Source of the DNA: Methylotenera sp.
GTDB lineage: Bacteria > Pseudomonadota > Gammaproteobacteria > Burkholderiales > Methylophilaceae
NCBI GenBank assembly: GCA_030652995.1
Contig: JAUSAG010000036.1
Location: forward strand, 12,349-76,348
Length of the DNA: 64,000 nucleotides
Direction of reading: 5' to 3'
Shown here: in pieces, positions 30,876-40,978 of the stretch
Numbering within the stretch: position 1 is the first letter of the stretch
How the letters are laid out: each line of letters opens with the position of its first letter
Program-made: the position numbers and the translations under genes
The notes under the pieces: model-generated
Told to the model about the DNA's origin: nothing
Databases searched by the model: none
What the model saw: the letters and a program-made list of their open reading frames with translations, nothing else

Positions 30876-32302
30876 CTAAATTGCACCACGTCGATACTGC
30901 ACTGCTTCGGCAATATGCGCGGGTTTTATATCAGCGTCACAGCTCAAATCGGCAATAGTACGCGCTACTTTTAAAATACGATGATACGCACGCGCAGATA
31001 AATTGAGTCGTGAAATAGCGGTTTTGAGTAATGTTAACCCTGCGTCATCGGCTTTGCAGTAGTGCTAAATCTCCTTGGTCCCCAGTAGGTTGTTGGGCTT
31101 GCCTTGACGTGCTAACTGTAATGACCGTGCCTTTTCTAATCGTGTTCTTACTACATGTGAGTGTTCACTATCGCTCGCTTGAATCAGCTCATCTTCTTTG
31201 AGGCAGGAACTTCAATATGCAAATCAATAAGGTCTAACAAAGGCCCGGAAGTTTTAGCTTTATAGCGCGAAACTTGATCCGGCGTGCAACGACATTTGTT
31301 ATTATAATGACCCAAATAGCCACAAGACATGGGTTCATGGCCGCAATTAGCTGAAATCTAGCGGGGTATTCCGCCTGCCGTGCCGCGCGTCAAATAGTGA
31401 TGTGTCCCCTTTCAAGTGGCTCGAGCAAAACCTCTAATACTTTTCGATCAAATATAGACCTCATCTAAAAATAAAACACCATTATGTGCCAGACTAATTT
31501 CCCCTGGACGCTGAATGCCACCATCACCCACCAAAGCCACGCCTGACGCGGTATGATGCGGTGCGCGATAGGGTCTGCGTTTCCAGTTTTCAAGCTTATA
31601 ACTGCCATTTAATGATTGAATCGTGGCAGCTTCCAGCGCTTCATCCTCGGTCATTCTCGGCAAAATGCCCGCAAAACGGCTGGCTAACATGCTTTTACCT
31701 GTGCCTGGCGGGCCGCTCAAAATGACGCTATGTCAGCACGCTGCGGAGATCTCTAACGCCCGCTTGGGCATACTTTGCGCTTTTACGTCGCTAAAAACTG
31801 GATAAGAAAATTCCTGCGGTTGCTCGTTAGGGGCTAGTTGAGTCAGTGCAGTATGACCGCTTAAATGCGCGCAAACCTCAAGCAGTGATTTTGCCGGGTA
31901 GATAATGGCATCGCGCACCAAGGTAGCTTCAGTCGCACTCATTTGGGGTAAGATAAATGCACGTTTTGGTGCATTTTGTAGTAATGCGCCGTTATTCGCA
32001 TGACTCATCATGCTGGATGTCATGGCTAGCGCACCTCTTATTGGGCGCAGTTCGCCCGTTAGTGCTAATTCACCAGCAAATTCATAGTGGCTCAACGCTG
32101 CAGAAGGTATCTGCCCAGATGCCGCTAAAATACCTAAGGCAATAGGTAAGTCGTAACGTCCGCTTTCTTTGGGTAAATCTGCAGGCGCAAGGTTCACGGT
32201 AATCCGTCGTGCTGGAAACTCAAACTGCGCGGTCAGTAAAGCCGCACGCACGCGGTCTTTGCTTTCCTTAACTTCGGTTTCAGGTAAGCCCACAATGGTC
32301 AA
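30876..32302 (-). pseudogene. comM: comM/yifB (Mg-chelatase-like AAA+ ATPase), main body
   Basis: TIVGLPETEVKESKDRVRAA, NLAPADLPKESGRYDL, Walker A GPPGTGKSML, GEISLAHNGVLFLDE, AAMNP and SARAYHRILKVARTIADL. In-frame stops at 31733-35, 31390-92 and 31065-67 plus frameshifts. Confidence 0.92.
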
Positions 32303-33123
32303 TATTGATATAGTCTTACATGCTGATTTGGCACGTAATGTATTAGCCTGGAAATGTGTCGGTGTATGTTAAGTTGTTATGGTAAATATACGGGGATTTT
32401 ACACCACATAATTAATTGGCAGAGTCGTGCTTTTGTTTTCTGAAATCCCACGGTGGCATAGCATTTGTATCTGCCCACAAGCCTAGTTTGTCACGTTGCG
32501 CCAAATATTCTGCGTCAGCGTAAATTGAGCGATCTTCAACTTCTTGCTCATTTTGATATTTCTTATAATGCCACGCTAGGCCACGCTGGATTTGATGAAG
32601 ATTTACATCTTTACCATTGAACATTATTTTACCAATGATTCGCTGGTATCTGTCACGTTTATTAAATTCAACAGTGACGACTTTACCGCCTATTTCATCA
32701 TCTAAAGCTTGCTTTGATTTATTACCGAACGCCTGCTTTTTCTCAGGAGCATCAATGCCTGACAGCCTGATTTTATGTAGTTCATTATCGTTAGTTAGCA
32801 CATTCACCGTGTCACCATCTGTGACTTTTATGACCTTGCCTTGTAACTGATCGGCAAGACTGGTGAGTGTTGTGAACGCCAAGATTAATGCTAATATTGT
32901 TTTCAATGTGCCAGTCCGTTGGTGCTAGATTGTAGTGTGGGGTGATGGAAATCTGCCCGCCAATTTAACCATTGAAAAACAATCAGTTACATACCAGTGC
33001 TAGCAGTGTGAGATGTTTTGTTAACGAGTTTTTTTGTAGATTAAATATCCATCAAAGTATTCTTTGAATCAACCTTGATGCAGTAGACACTTTTAAGCTA
33101 ATTGTTGTCCTGTTTACTTATTT
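32300..33123. mobile_element. ~820-bp foreign insert within the comM 5' region (remnant of an integrative element)
   Basis: Separates comM codons 1-15 from the TIVGLPE segment and contains a nuclease gene; no integrase in the insert. Confidence 0.65.
32412..32906 (-). CDS. Thermonuclease (SNase) family protein with signal peptide
   Basis: VIKVTDGDT, RLSGIDAPE, DRYQR and GLAWHY...GLW motifs; N-terminal MKTILALILAFTTLTSLA. TTG start. Confidence 0.93.
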   Translation of the reverse strand: MKTILALILAFTTLTSLADQLQGKVIKVTDGDTVNVLTNDNELHKIRLSGIDAPEKKQAFGNKSKQALDDEIGGKVVTVEFNKRDRYQRIIGKIMFNGKDVNLHQIQRGLAWHYKKYQNEQEVEDRSIYADAEYLAQRDKLGLWADTNAMPPWDFRKQKHDSAN

Positions 33124-33169
33124 GCTCCATACCGCTTAGCGCGAGGCTATACAATACAGCTAAGCTCAT
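33124..33169 (-). pseudogene. comM: comM/yifB N-terminal fragment
   Basis: Reads MSLAVLYSLALSGME, the typical YifB N-terminus, starting 10 bp downstream of the ubiK stop. Confidence 0.8.
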
Positions 33170-33179
33170 CAAAGTAGCC

Positions 33180-33419
33180 TCATGGTTTTTGTTTTGCTTC
33201 TAATTCTGTTAACTTGATCTCTAATAATTCCAGCTTTTGCCGCGTATTACGTAGCACCTCCGCCTGCACATCAAACTCCTCACGTGAAACAAACTCCATT
33301 TTGGTGAACACGCCCTTTAATAGTGCATTGATGTTTTTCTCCGCATCCTCCAATGGAGAGTTTTTAATCATCTCTTTGATTTTATTAGATATTCCATTTA
33401 CTTTTTCTATACTCAACAT
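33180..33419 (-). CDS. ubiK: UbiK/BMFP accessory factor (YqiC family)
   Basis: KMEFVSREEFDVQAEVLRNTRQKLELLE coiled coil; canonical position upstream of comM. Confidence 0.9.
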   Translation of the reverse strand: MLSIEKVNGISNKIKEMIKNSPLEDAEKNINALLKGVFTKMEFVSREEFDVQAEVLRNTRQKLELLEIKLTELEAKQKP

Positions 33420-33530
33420 GTTGCATCCTTAACTAATTTGTTGCAGTTTAGCAGGTTTCTTCACATAAAGACAAAGCGCTCACAGAATCAACATAAAACT
33501 TATCTTATTGATTATTAACAAAATTTATGT

Positions 33531-33546
33531 TGGCACGCGCATTGCT
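33531..33546 (+). promoter_or_regulatory. Sigma-54 promoter of torF-glnK-amtB
   Basis: TGGCACGCGCATTGCT matches the -24/-12 consensus TGGCAC-N5-TTGCW. Confidence 0.85.
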
Positions 33547-33595
33547 TTAGTAATTATGTAATTTTTGTTTTTATTTTTTTAAGGAGTCAAGCAAC

Positions 33596-34525
33596 ATGCG
33601 TAAATCATTATTATCACTTGCAGTACTAAGCGCCATTGCTCTACCTACGTTCGTATCAGCTGAAGAAGTCGCTGAGGCATCTACTACGGAAGCGGCTGTA
33701 GCGCCAGCTGTAGCAAAATCAGCATGGTCAGCATCTTCTAACATCGGCTTTGTTTCTGATTACTATACTCGTGGTATTTCACAATCTTGGCATAAGCCAG
33801 CATTGCAAGGTGGTATTGACTTTGCACACACCAGCGGCTTTTTCGTTGGCGTATGGGGTTCAAATGTTTCACCTAACACTTTTCCTGATGCATCATTGGA
33901 ATTAGATGCCTATTTTGGTTACAACGGTCAAATCTCTGCAATAAAAGACTTAAATTATACTGTAGGCGCTATTGGTTACTTTTATCCAGGTGGCGATTGG
34001 AAAAAATGTGTGGCATGTACAACTGCAGACGGCGTTACACCTAATACTGGAGGTCGCTGGGACACCTATGAAGCAAACTTTGGTCTTTCTTACAAATGGG
34101 TTAGTGCTAAAGCATCCGTCACGTTGGGTGACTGGTTTGGTGCCGAAAAAGGCACAGGTTTCACTAGCGGTTCAAGTGGTACAACCTACATTGAATTAAA
34201 TGCTGCTTATCCTTTGCCATTTTGGGATTTAACATTAATTGGTCACGTGGGTAGATTAGATGTTTCAACCCAACTGTCTCAAGTGGTTGCAGATGTAGGT
34301 AACGGTGAAAGAAGTCCAGATTACACTGACTATAAAATTGGTCTGAGTAAATCTTTCAGCTTTGCCAACGCTGATGGTTGGAATGCCGGCCTGTATTACG
34401 TTGGTGCATCAGATAACGGCTACTGGGGTAAAACTGGTTTTGGCGGCCCAAGCTTTAACGGCAGTACAGAACATAAAGATTTGGCTGACAACCGCTGGGT
34501 TGTGTCTTTAACTCGCGCTTTTTAA
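33596..34525 (+). CDS. TorF family putative porin
   Basis: Signal peptide, SDYYTRGISQ...PALQGGIDF, ELDAYFGY and a terminal aromatic residue (TRAF); upstream of glnK. Confidence 0.87.
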   Translation: MRKSLLSLAVLSAIALPTFVSAEEVAEASTTEAAVAPAVAKSAWSASSNIGFVSDYYTRGISQSWHKPALQGGIDFAHTSGFFVGVWGSNVSPNTFPDASLELDAYFGYNGQISAIKDLNYTVGAIGYFYPGGDWKKCVACTTADGVTPNTGGRWDTYEANFGLSYKWVSAKASVTLGDWFGAEKGTGFTSGSSGTTYIELNAAYPLPFWDLTLIGHVGRLDVSTQLSQVVADVGNGERSPDYTDYKIGLSKSFSFANADGWNAGLYYVGASDNGYWGKTGFGGPSFNGSTEHKDLADNRWVVSLTRAF

Positions 34526-34579
34526 TCTTTTTAATGCATGGGGTTTGGTCTAGCGCCGAACCCCACGCCTACCTACTAG

Positions 34580-34927
<348 letters not shown>

Positions 34928-34931
34928 GGGG

Positions 34932-36449
34932 ATGAAAATGAAAAAGTTAATTTCGATATTTGCTTTAATCGCCACACTGGCCATTGGCTTCAGCACAAAC
35001 ACTTTTGCTGAAGATGCTGCGCCTGCGGTTGATGCAGCAACGGTTGTCACTTCTGAGGCAGCACCCGTAGTTGAAACAGCACCCGTAGCCGCAACTGAAG
35101 TAGTAGCGCCAGTTGTAGAAGAAGAGGCAGCACCTGCACCTGTACCCAATAAGGGCGACACTGCCTGGATGTTAATTGCAACCGTATTGGTAACGCTGAT
35201 GGTGATTCCAGGTTTAGCATTATTTTATGGCGGTTTGGTGCGCCAAAAAAATATGCTGTCTGTGCTCATGCAAACCTTTATGATTTTCTCTCTCATGGGC
35301 GTGTTGTGGGCTATTTATGGCTACAGTGTAGCGTTTACAGGCGGCAATCCATTCTTTGGTGGTTTAGGTAAAGCTTTCCTAGCCGGCATTACGCCAGACT
35401 CTGTTGGTGCTACATTTAGTAAAGGTGTTGTAATTCCTGAACTATTATTTGTAGCTTTCCAACTGACCTTTGCTGCCATTACACCGGTATTGATTATTGG
35501 TGCGTTTGCTGAGCGTATGAAGTTCTCTGCAATCTTGGCATTCATGGTGTTATGGTTCACGTTCGCTTACTTACCAATGGCACACATGGTTTGGTATTGG
35601 GATGGTCCTGATGCAATTACTGATGCTGCTTCGCTTGAAACTGTATTGGCTAACGCTGGTTGGTTATGGGCAAAAGGTGCACTAGACTTTGCGGGCGGTA
35701 CAGTAGTACATATCAACGCTGGTGTTGCTGGTTTGGTAGGTGCAATCATGGTTGGCAAGCGTATTGGTTACGGTAAAGAATCAATGGCCCCACACAGCCT
35801 GACTTTAACGATGGTAGGTGCAGCTTTACTATGGGTGGGCTGGTTCGGCTTTAACGCTGGTTCAAACCTTGAAGCAAACGGTTACGCAGCATTGGCTTTA
35901 GTTAACACAATGATTGCAACTGGTGCAGCGACATTATCATGGGCTTTTGCTGAATGGTTACTCAAAGGCAAACCATCCATGTTAGGTGCGGCTTCTGGTG
36001 CAGTAGCGGGTTTGGTTGCAATTACACCAGCTTGTGGCTTCGTAGGTCCTATGGGTGCTATTGTCATCGGTTTGCTTGTTTCACCAATCTGCTACTTCTT
36101 TGTGGCTAAAGTGAAATATGCATTTGGTTATGATGATGCGTTAGATGTATTTGGTGTGCATGCAATCGGCGGTATCTTTGGCGCACTAGCAACGGGTGTG
36201 TTTGTAAACCCTGCGCTTGGTGGCATGGGCGTGTATGATTATGTTGCTAATGCAGTAGGTGAATACAACTTTGCCGCACAAATGACTGCACAAGTATATG
36301 CAATATGTACAGCAATTGTCGTCTCAGCAACTGTTTCATTCATTGCTTTCAAAATTGTAGATGTGTTAATCGGTCTACGTGTAAGTGAAGAATCTGAACG
36401 TGAAGGTTTAGATACAACAGAGCACGGCGAACGGGCATATCACGTGTAA
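34932..36449 (+). CDS. amtB: Ammonium transporter
   Basis: GDTAWML, PGLALFYGG, DFAGGTVVH, GWFGFNAGS, DDALDVFGVH and EREGLD..EHGE motifs. Confidence 0.97.
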   Translation: MKMKKLISIFALIATLAIGFSTNTFAEDAAPAVDAATVVTSEAAPVVETAPVAATEVVAPVVEEEAAPAPVPNKGDTAWMLIATVLVTLMVIPGLALFYGGLVRQKNMLSVLMQTFMIFSLMGVLWAIYGYSVAFTGGNPFFGGLGKAFLAGITPDSVGATFSKGVVIPELLFVAFQLTFAAITPVLIIGAFAERMKFSAILAFMVLWFTFAYLPMAHMVWYWDGPDAITDAASLETVLANAGWLWAKGALDFAGGTVVHINAGVAGLVGAIMVGKRIGYGKESMAPHSLTLTMVGAALLWVGWFGFNAGSNLEANGYAALALVNTMIATGAATLSWAFAEWLLKGKPSMLGAASGAVAGLVAITPACGFVGPMGAIVIGLLVSPICYFFVAKVKYAFGYDDALDVFGVHAIGGIFGALATGVFVNPALGGMGVYDYVANAVGEYNFAAQMTAQVYAICTAIVVSATVSFIAFKIVDVLIGLRVSEESEREGLDTTEHGERAYHV

Positions 36450-36463
36450 TTAAGTTTTAAGTG

Positions 36464-36497
36464 AGTAAAAACGGGCGCTGATGCGCCCGTTTTTACT
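36464..36497 (+). terminator. Intrinsic terminator after amtB
   Basis: AGTAAAAACGGGCGC-TGAT-GCGCCCGTTTTTACT perfect stem. Confidence 0.88.
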
Positions 36498-36567
36498 GGT
36501 AGGTAAAACGAAGATAAAACAATACTTAAAGGCGATATAATACACATTTACGGTTTGAGATTAACGC

Positions 36568-38553
36568 ATGACCCGCTATCGTCCTAAGTCAAACATCAAT
36601 AATAAGGCAGTACAAAAACTCTGGCAATTTACACACAGGTTTGATGCTTACGCACCATTAGTGGTGATGTTCATTATCGGGCTTATTGTATTATCCGCGT
36701 CTCGTTTTGGTCTGGTGTTGTGGAAGTTTGACCGCGTCAACACTACAGGTCAGCTTGCGGCCATTTTTATGCAAGGCATACGCGTTGATATTATCCAGCT
36801 GTGTTTACTGAGCTTAATTCCCGTACTATTGATGCCCATATTTGCCATTGCTAAATGGTGGCGCGGCTGGCAATGGTTTACTTATGTTTGGGTCACTTTA
36901 GCGGTAGTACTGCTGGTGTTTTTAGAAGTGTCCACTCCTGGATTTATTTCCGAATACGATGTACGCCCTAACCGTATTTTTGTTGAGTATCTAAAGTACC
37001 CGCATGAAGTGGCTAGCATGCTGTGGGTTGGATTTCGTATTCACATTTTTGCCACACTTAGCTTTGTTGCCCTCACGCACTATGTGATGCATGGTTTAAT
37101 GAAGCCTTGGCTCAATGCCAAATCTGCATGGTCACTCAAAACAACACTCATTACCTGGCCGTTGATTTTTGTTTTAGTGGCATTTGGCATCCGCTCTTCA
37201 TTAGGTCACCGCCCTGCTAACCCCGCGTTATTTGCGATTACCGCAGATAGTATGGTCAATAGTTTGGTGCTTAACTCTGGATATTCTGTTACTTACGCGA
37301 CTTACAATTTGCTTAAAGAAACTAAATCCAGCGACATTTACGGCAAGATGCCGCGTGAAGACGTATTCAAGATTACAGGTGCAAGCGAGGCTGATATCCC
37401 CACCTTGACTACGCTAAACCCTAGCCATCAACGTGAAAAACCACTTAACTTGGTGATTATTTTGCAAGAAAGCTTAGGCGCGACTTTTGTAGAGTCTTTA
37501 GGTGGCACGCCGGTGACGCCCAATATAGAAAGGCTGAAAAACCAAGGCATTTGGTTTGAGCAACTTTATGCTACCGGCACGCGCTCTGTGCGTGGTATTG
37601 AAGCGGTCACCTCAGGCTTTCAGCCCACGCCAGCCGACAGCACCGTGAAACTTTCAAAGTCGCAAAAGAACTTTTTCACGCTTGCTACTTTACTTGAAAA
37701 ACTAGGCTACACCACAGAGTTTATTTACGGTGGTGAATCGCACTTTGACAATATGCGTGGCTTTTTTACCGGCAATGGTTTTCAACATATTGTGGATCAA
37801 AAAGATTATATTAACCCAGTATTTGAAGCTAGCTGGGGTGTTTCTGATGAAGATTTGCTTAACAAAACGCATGAGCAACTTTTGGCGCACCACAAAACTG
37901 GCAAGCCATTTTACACGTTAGCGTTTTCATCTTCTAATCACGCGCCATTTGAGTTTCCGGATGGTCGCATTGAGTTATACGAGCAACCCAAAGCCACCGA
38001 TAACAATGCTGTAAAATATGCCGATTACGCGATTGGAGAGTTTTTCAAAAAAGCGCAGCAAAGCGCATATTGGAAAGATACTGTATTTTTAATCGTCGCC
38101 GACCATGACATTCGCGTGCGCGGTGAAACACTCGTCCCGATTGAGCGCTTTCATATTCCTGGCCTTATTTTAGGTGCTGATATTCAACCGCTGCGCTACA
38201 CAGGGATTGCAAGCCAAATTGACTTACCTGTTACCTTGCTGTCGCTCATGGGCGTGCAAGCGCAACACCCTATGACAGGACGTGATTTATCCAGCATAGC
38301 CCCTGACAGTTTTGGTCGCGCTATGATGCAATATAACGACAACTACGGCTGGATGCAGGAAAGCGAAGCGGGAAATCAAGTGGTGGTGCTACGTTCTGGT
38401 AAAGCGCCTGCGCACGGAACTTATGACGCAAAAACTAAACATTTAAGTGAAACACCCCCGCCTGTCAATGCGACAGAGTTAGAGCAACGTACGCTCGCCA
38501 ATGTATTGCTGCCAGATTTGCTTTATAACGAACAACGTTACCGTTTACCTTAA
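36568..38553 (+). CDS. LTA synthase (LtaS)-like sulfatase-fold membrane transferase
   Basis: About 5 N-terminal TM helices, then ILQESLG, TGTRSVRG (catalytic Thr), SSNHAPF and VADHD motifs. Confidence 0.88.
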   Translation: MTRYRPKSNINNKAVQKLWQFTHRFDAYAPLVVMFIIGLIVLSASRFGLVLWKFDRVNTTGQLAAIFMQGIRVDIIQLCLLSLIPVLLMPIFAIAKWWRGWQWFTYVWVTLAVVLLVFLEVSTPGFISEYDVRPNRIFVEYLKYPHEVASMLWVGFRIHIFATLSFVALTHYVMHGLMKPWLNAKSAWSLKTTLITWPLIFVLVAFGIRSSLGHRPANPALFAITADSMVNSLVLNSGYSVTYATYNLLKETKSSDIYGKMPREDVFKITGASEADIPTLTTLNPSHQREKPLNLVIILQESLGATFVESLGGTPVTPNIERLKNQGIWFEQLYATGTRSVRGIEAVTSGFQPTPADSTVKLSKSQKNFFTLATLLEKLGYTTEFIYGGESHFDNMRGFFTGNGFQHIVDQKDYINPVFEASWGVSDEDLLNKTHEQLLAHHKTGKPFYTLAFSSSNHAPFEFPDGRIELYEQPKATDNNAVKYADYAIGEFFKKAQQSAYWKDTVFLIVADHDIRVRGETLVPIERFHIPGLILGADIQPLRYTGIASQIDLPVTLLSLMGVQAQHPMTGRDLSSIAPDSFGRAMMQYNDNYGWMQESEAGNQVVVLRSGKAPAHGTYDAKTKHLSETPPPVNATELEQRTLANVLLPDLLYNEQRYRLP

Positions 38554-38558
38554 TCACT

Positions 38559-40817
38559 ATGCTTCAATCTAAAAAACAACCGAGCATGCTCACTTGGCCG
38601 ATCATTCGTAAAGGTTTGGCTTATATTTTAAGTGGTAAACTTTACATCAAACACGGGCATTTGCCGCCTGTTAACCATGTGGTACCAAATGACTTTATCG
38701 GCGTGTGCGTGGCCTCTGCCGCAGAGGACAGTATGGATGATTATGCCATTGCACAATTGCATGCATTAGGCATTAAACAAGTACGGCTTGATTTTACCTA
38801 TGGCGATTTAGAAAGCTTTAATGCGCGCTTTTTACAACGTTTAATTGCAGAACAATGTAAAGTGACCTTGCATTTAGTACAGCCTTTTGCACATGCAAGA
38901 AACATGGAAAGCGCAAACGAGCTCGCGATTTGGCAAGCCTTTGTAGATGCGGTACTCGCACGGTTTGGTGCAGGTGTCACGCGGATTGAAATCGGTACTA
39001 CCATCAACCGCAAGCGCTGGGCAGGCTATACGGTGAATGGCTTTTTGCGCGCTTGGGAGGTTGCCTTCACCGCAACGCAACAACATAACATTCAGCTCGC
39101 CGGCCCTAATGTCACAGACTTTGAGCCTATTTACAATATTGGCATATTAGCGTTGCTTAAAGCTAAAAAGCAATTGCCCGCTGTGCACACCAATAATCTC
39201 TTTTCAGAGCGTGTATCAGAACCTGAACGCTTTGATCACCGCGTGTTTAAATATCGCTGGGCGACGATTCTAAAGTATAACCTGATAAAAAAAGCGCGCT
39301 TGCTCAAAAAAATCAGCACGGACTTTGGTATCAAGCATTTCATCTCCCCCGTCGCATTTTGGGCTATTTATCGTATTCAGCGCTTACTACCTGATGGTGA
39401 GCAAAAACAAGCAGATTATGCCGCGCGTTACCTGTTGCTCAACGCCGCGTCGGGCGCGCTAGATCAAGTATCTTGGGGTGCATTGATTTGCCATCGTGAA
39501 GGTTTGATTAATGACGGTTTAAATGATGCCCAATATCCTGCGCTAGAGCGTGTAACGCACTATGCAAGCGTAGATGGTGAACTAAAAAACTTCTGGCATC
39601 ATGCCAGTTTTAATGCGTTTAAAACAGCAGCATCGATGATACAAGGCGCGCGCTATCAGGAGGCAATCTCAACAGCAACCGGCTTGGAGATTCACCACTT
39701 TCAAACTGCGCAACACGACATCCATGCGCTGTGGACAATCAACGGCAAGGTTGCTTTATTGCAAGATATTTATGATTTGGCGGATATCGGGCAAGCCGAG
39801 GCTATTAACCGAGACGGCGTCAGACTCAGTACCATGCCCGACATTGTCAACGAATCCCCTATTTACCTGCTGTGGCCTAAAAACTGTTTAGTTTCCATTA
39901 AAAGCAATCTAGCTTTAACCAAAGACCTCGCCATCCACGCGCATATTCAAGGCTTGCAATACTACCCGTTCCATCAAGCCGGCTGGTTTGGCATGATTTT
40001 AGCTAACAGTGCAGAGCAAGCCGCGTTATTAGGTCAGCAGTTGCATCCTGATAACCTAAAGAGTCCACAAAAAAACAATGCATTGCGTCACGCACGCAAT
40101 GCTATTTGGGCGCTCACTGACCCACGCAACCCTTTAAATCAGGTAACCGTTAAGCAGCCGGTAAAAATGTATCCGCACAAGGCATTTTTAGATAAGTTTA
40201 AGCCCAGTAAAGCCAAGCGTAGCTGGAATGGCGCGGTAGAGCTTTTAAGGCGTGGTGTAAATACCGCGCACCCTGTTGCTTTTTTTGAACAAGAAAATGA
40301 CAGCACACTTAAGCAGAATTTTTACATCTGTGATTATGTAAAAGCCGATTGTTCGGTAGGCGAAATGTTTGTACATTTTGCCAAAGGCAATAAGGAGTTT
40401 TACTTTACCAATAAAAACTGCGTTATTAGTGCAGAAGATACCTATGCGCAACTGGCAAACTACCTGCACCATATGCACAAATCAGGTACATTTTTCAGAG
40501 ATCTGTCTGGTGGCAATGTGTTGGTACAATGTTTGGACAATAACGAGTTGTATTTTTCACTGATTGATACCGCGCGCGCCCGTTTTTATACGTACCCAAC
40601 GCCGATTAAATACCGTACTTCTGACTTGGCACGTATCTGTAACAAACTACATTGGGCTGGTCGTGAGCGTTTCATGGGCTTATATTTAGCTAACATTGGT
40701 ATGAAATTTACCATCAAGGTAAAACTAGCCTTTAATTTGTATGATTTTAAAGTAGCATTTAAAAGAAAGTATGGGCGTAAAGGCATTAAAAAGTTAATGA
40801 ATAAATTTAAAAAGTAA
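38559..40817 (+). CDS. Fusion of a glycoside-hydrolase-like TIM barrel and an LPS-kinase (Kdo/InaA-like) domain
   Basis: C-terminal kinase: SKAKRSW, FFRDLSGGNVL, SLIDT, DLARI. The N-terminus has a (beta/alpha)8-like pattern (GIKQVRLDF, IEIGTTIN, LAGPN). Confidence 0.65.
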   Translation: MLQSKKQPSMLTWPIIRKGLAYILSGKLYIKHGHLPPVNHVVPNDFIGVCVASAAEDSMDDYAIAQLHALGIKQVRLDFTYGDLESFNARFLQRLIAEQCKVTLHLVQPFAHARNMESANELAIWQAFVDAVLARFGAGVTRIEIGTTINRKRWAGYTVNGFLRAWEVAFTATQQHNIQLAGPNVTDFEPIYNIGILALLKAKKQLPAVHTNNLFSERVSEPERFDHRVFKYRWATILKYNLIKKARLLKKISTDFGIKHFISPVAFWAIYRIQRLLPDGEQKQADYAARYLLLNAASGALDQVSWGALICHREGLINDGLNDAQYPALERVTHYASVDGELKNFWHHASFNAFKTAASMIQGARYQEAISTATGLEIHHFQTAQHDIHALWTINGKVALLQDIYDLADIGQAEAINRDGVRLSTMPDIVNESPIYLLWPKNCLVSIKSNLALTKDLAIHAHIQGLQYYPFHQAGWFGMILANSAEQAALLGQQLHPDNLKSPQKNNALRHARNAIWALTDPRNPLNQVTVKQPVKMYPHKAFLDKFKPSKAKRSWNGAVELLRRGVNTAHPVAFFEQENDSTLKQNFYICDYVKADCSVGEMFVHFAKGNKEFYFTNKNCVISAEDTYAQLANYLHHMHKSGTFFRDLSGGNVLVQCLDNNELYFSLIDTARARFYTYPTPIKYRTSDLARICNKLHWAGRERFMGLYLANIGMKFTIKVKLAFNLYDFKVAFKRKYGRKGIKKLMNKFKK

Positions 40818-40978
40818 AACCTAAAAATCAATTCAATACGCTTCTAATGGTTTTCACTAGCTTGTTTTAATGACTAACGTCGTGTTGTAAGTTTAAGTTA
40901 GCCGTATGATTCTAATCACGTAATGCAAATGCTATATAAGCAAAAGCGGCACGAATCAATTAACTTAGGAGAATTACT

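Noticed and set aside
32358-32387. Possible dif/cer site: TTATGGTAAAT (32377-32387) equals a XerD arm
   Set aside because: The sequence at 6- or 8-bp spacing does not resemble a XerC arm, so only a half-site is present.
32920-32962. Possible tRNA 3' end (…CCCGCCA)
   Set aside because: No T-loop (TTCGA) or cloverleaf upstream.
34990-35150. Ala/Pro/Val/Glu-rich repeats at the AmtB N-terminus
   Set aside because: Low-complexity linkers after the signal peptide are common in betaproteobacterial AmtB.
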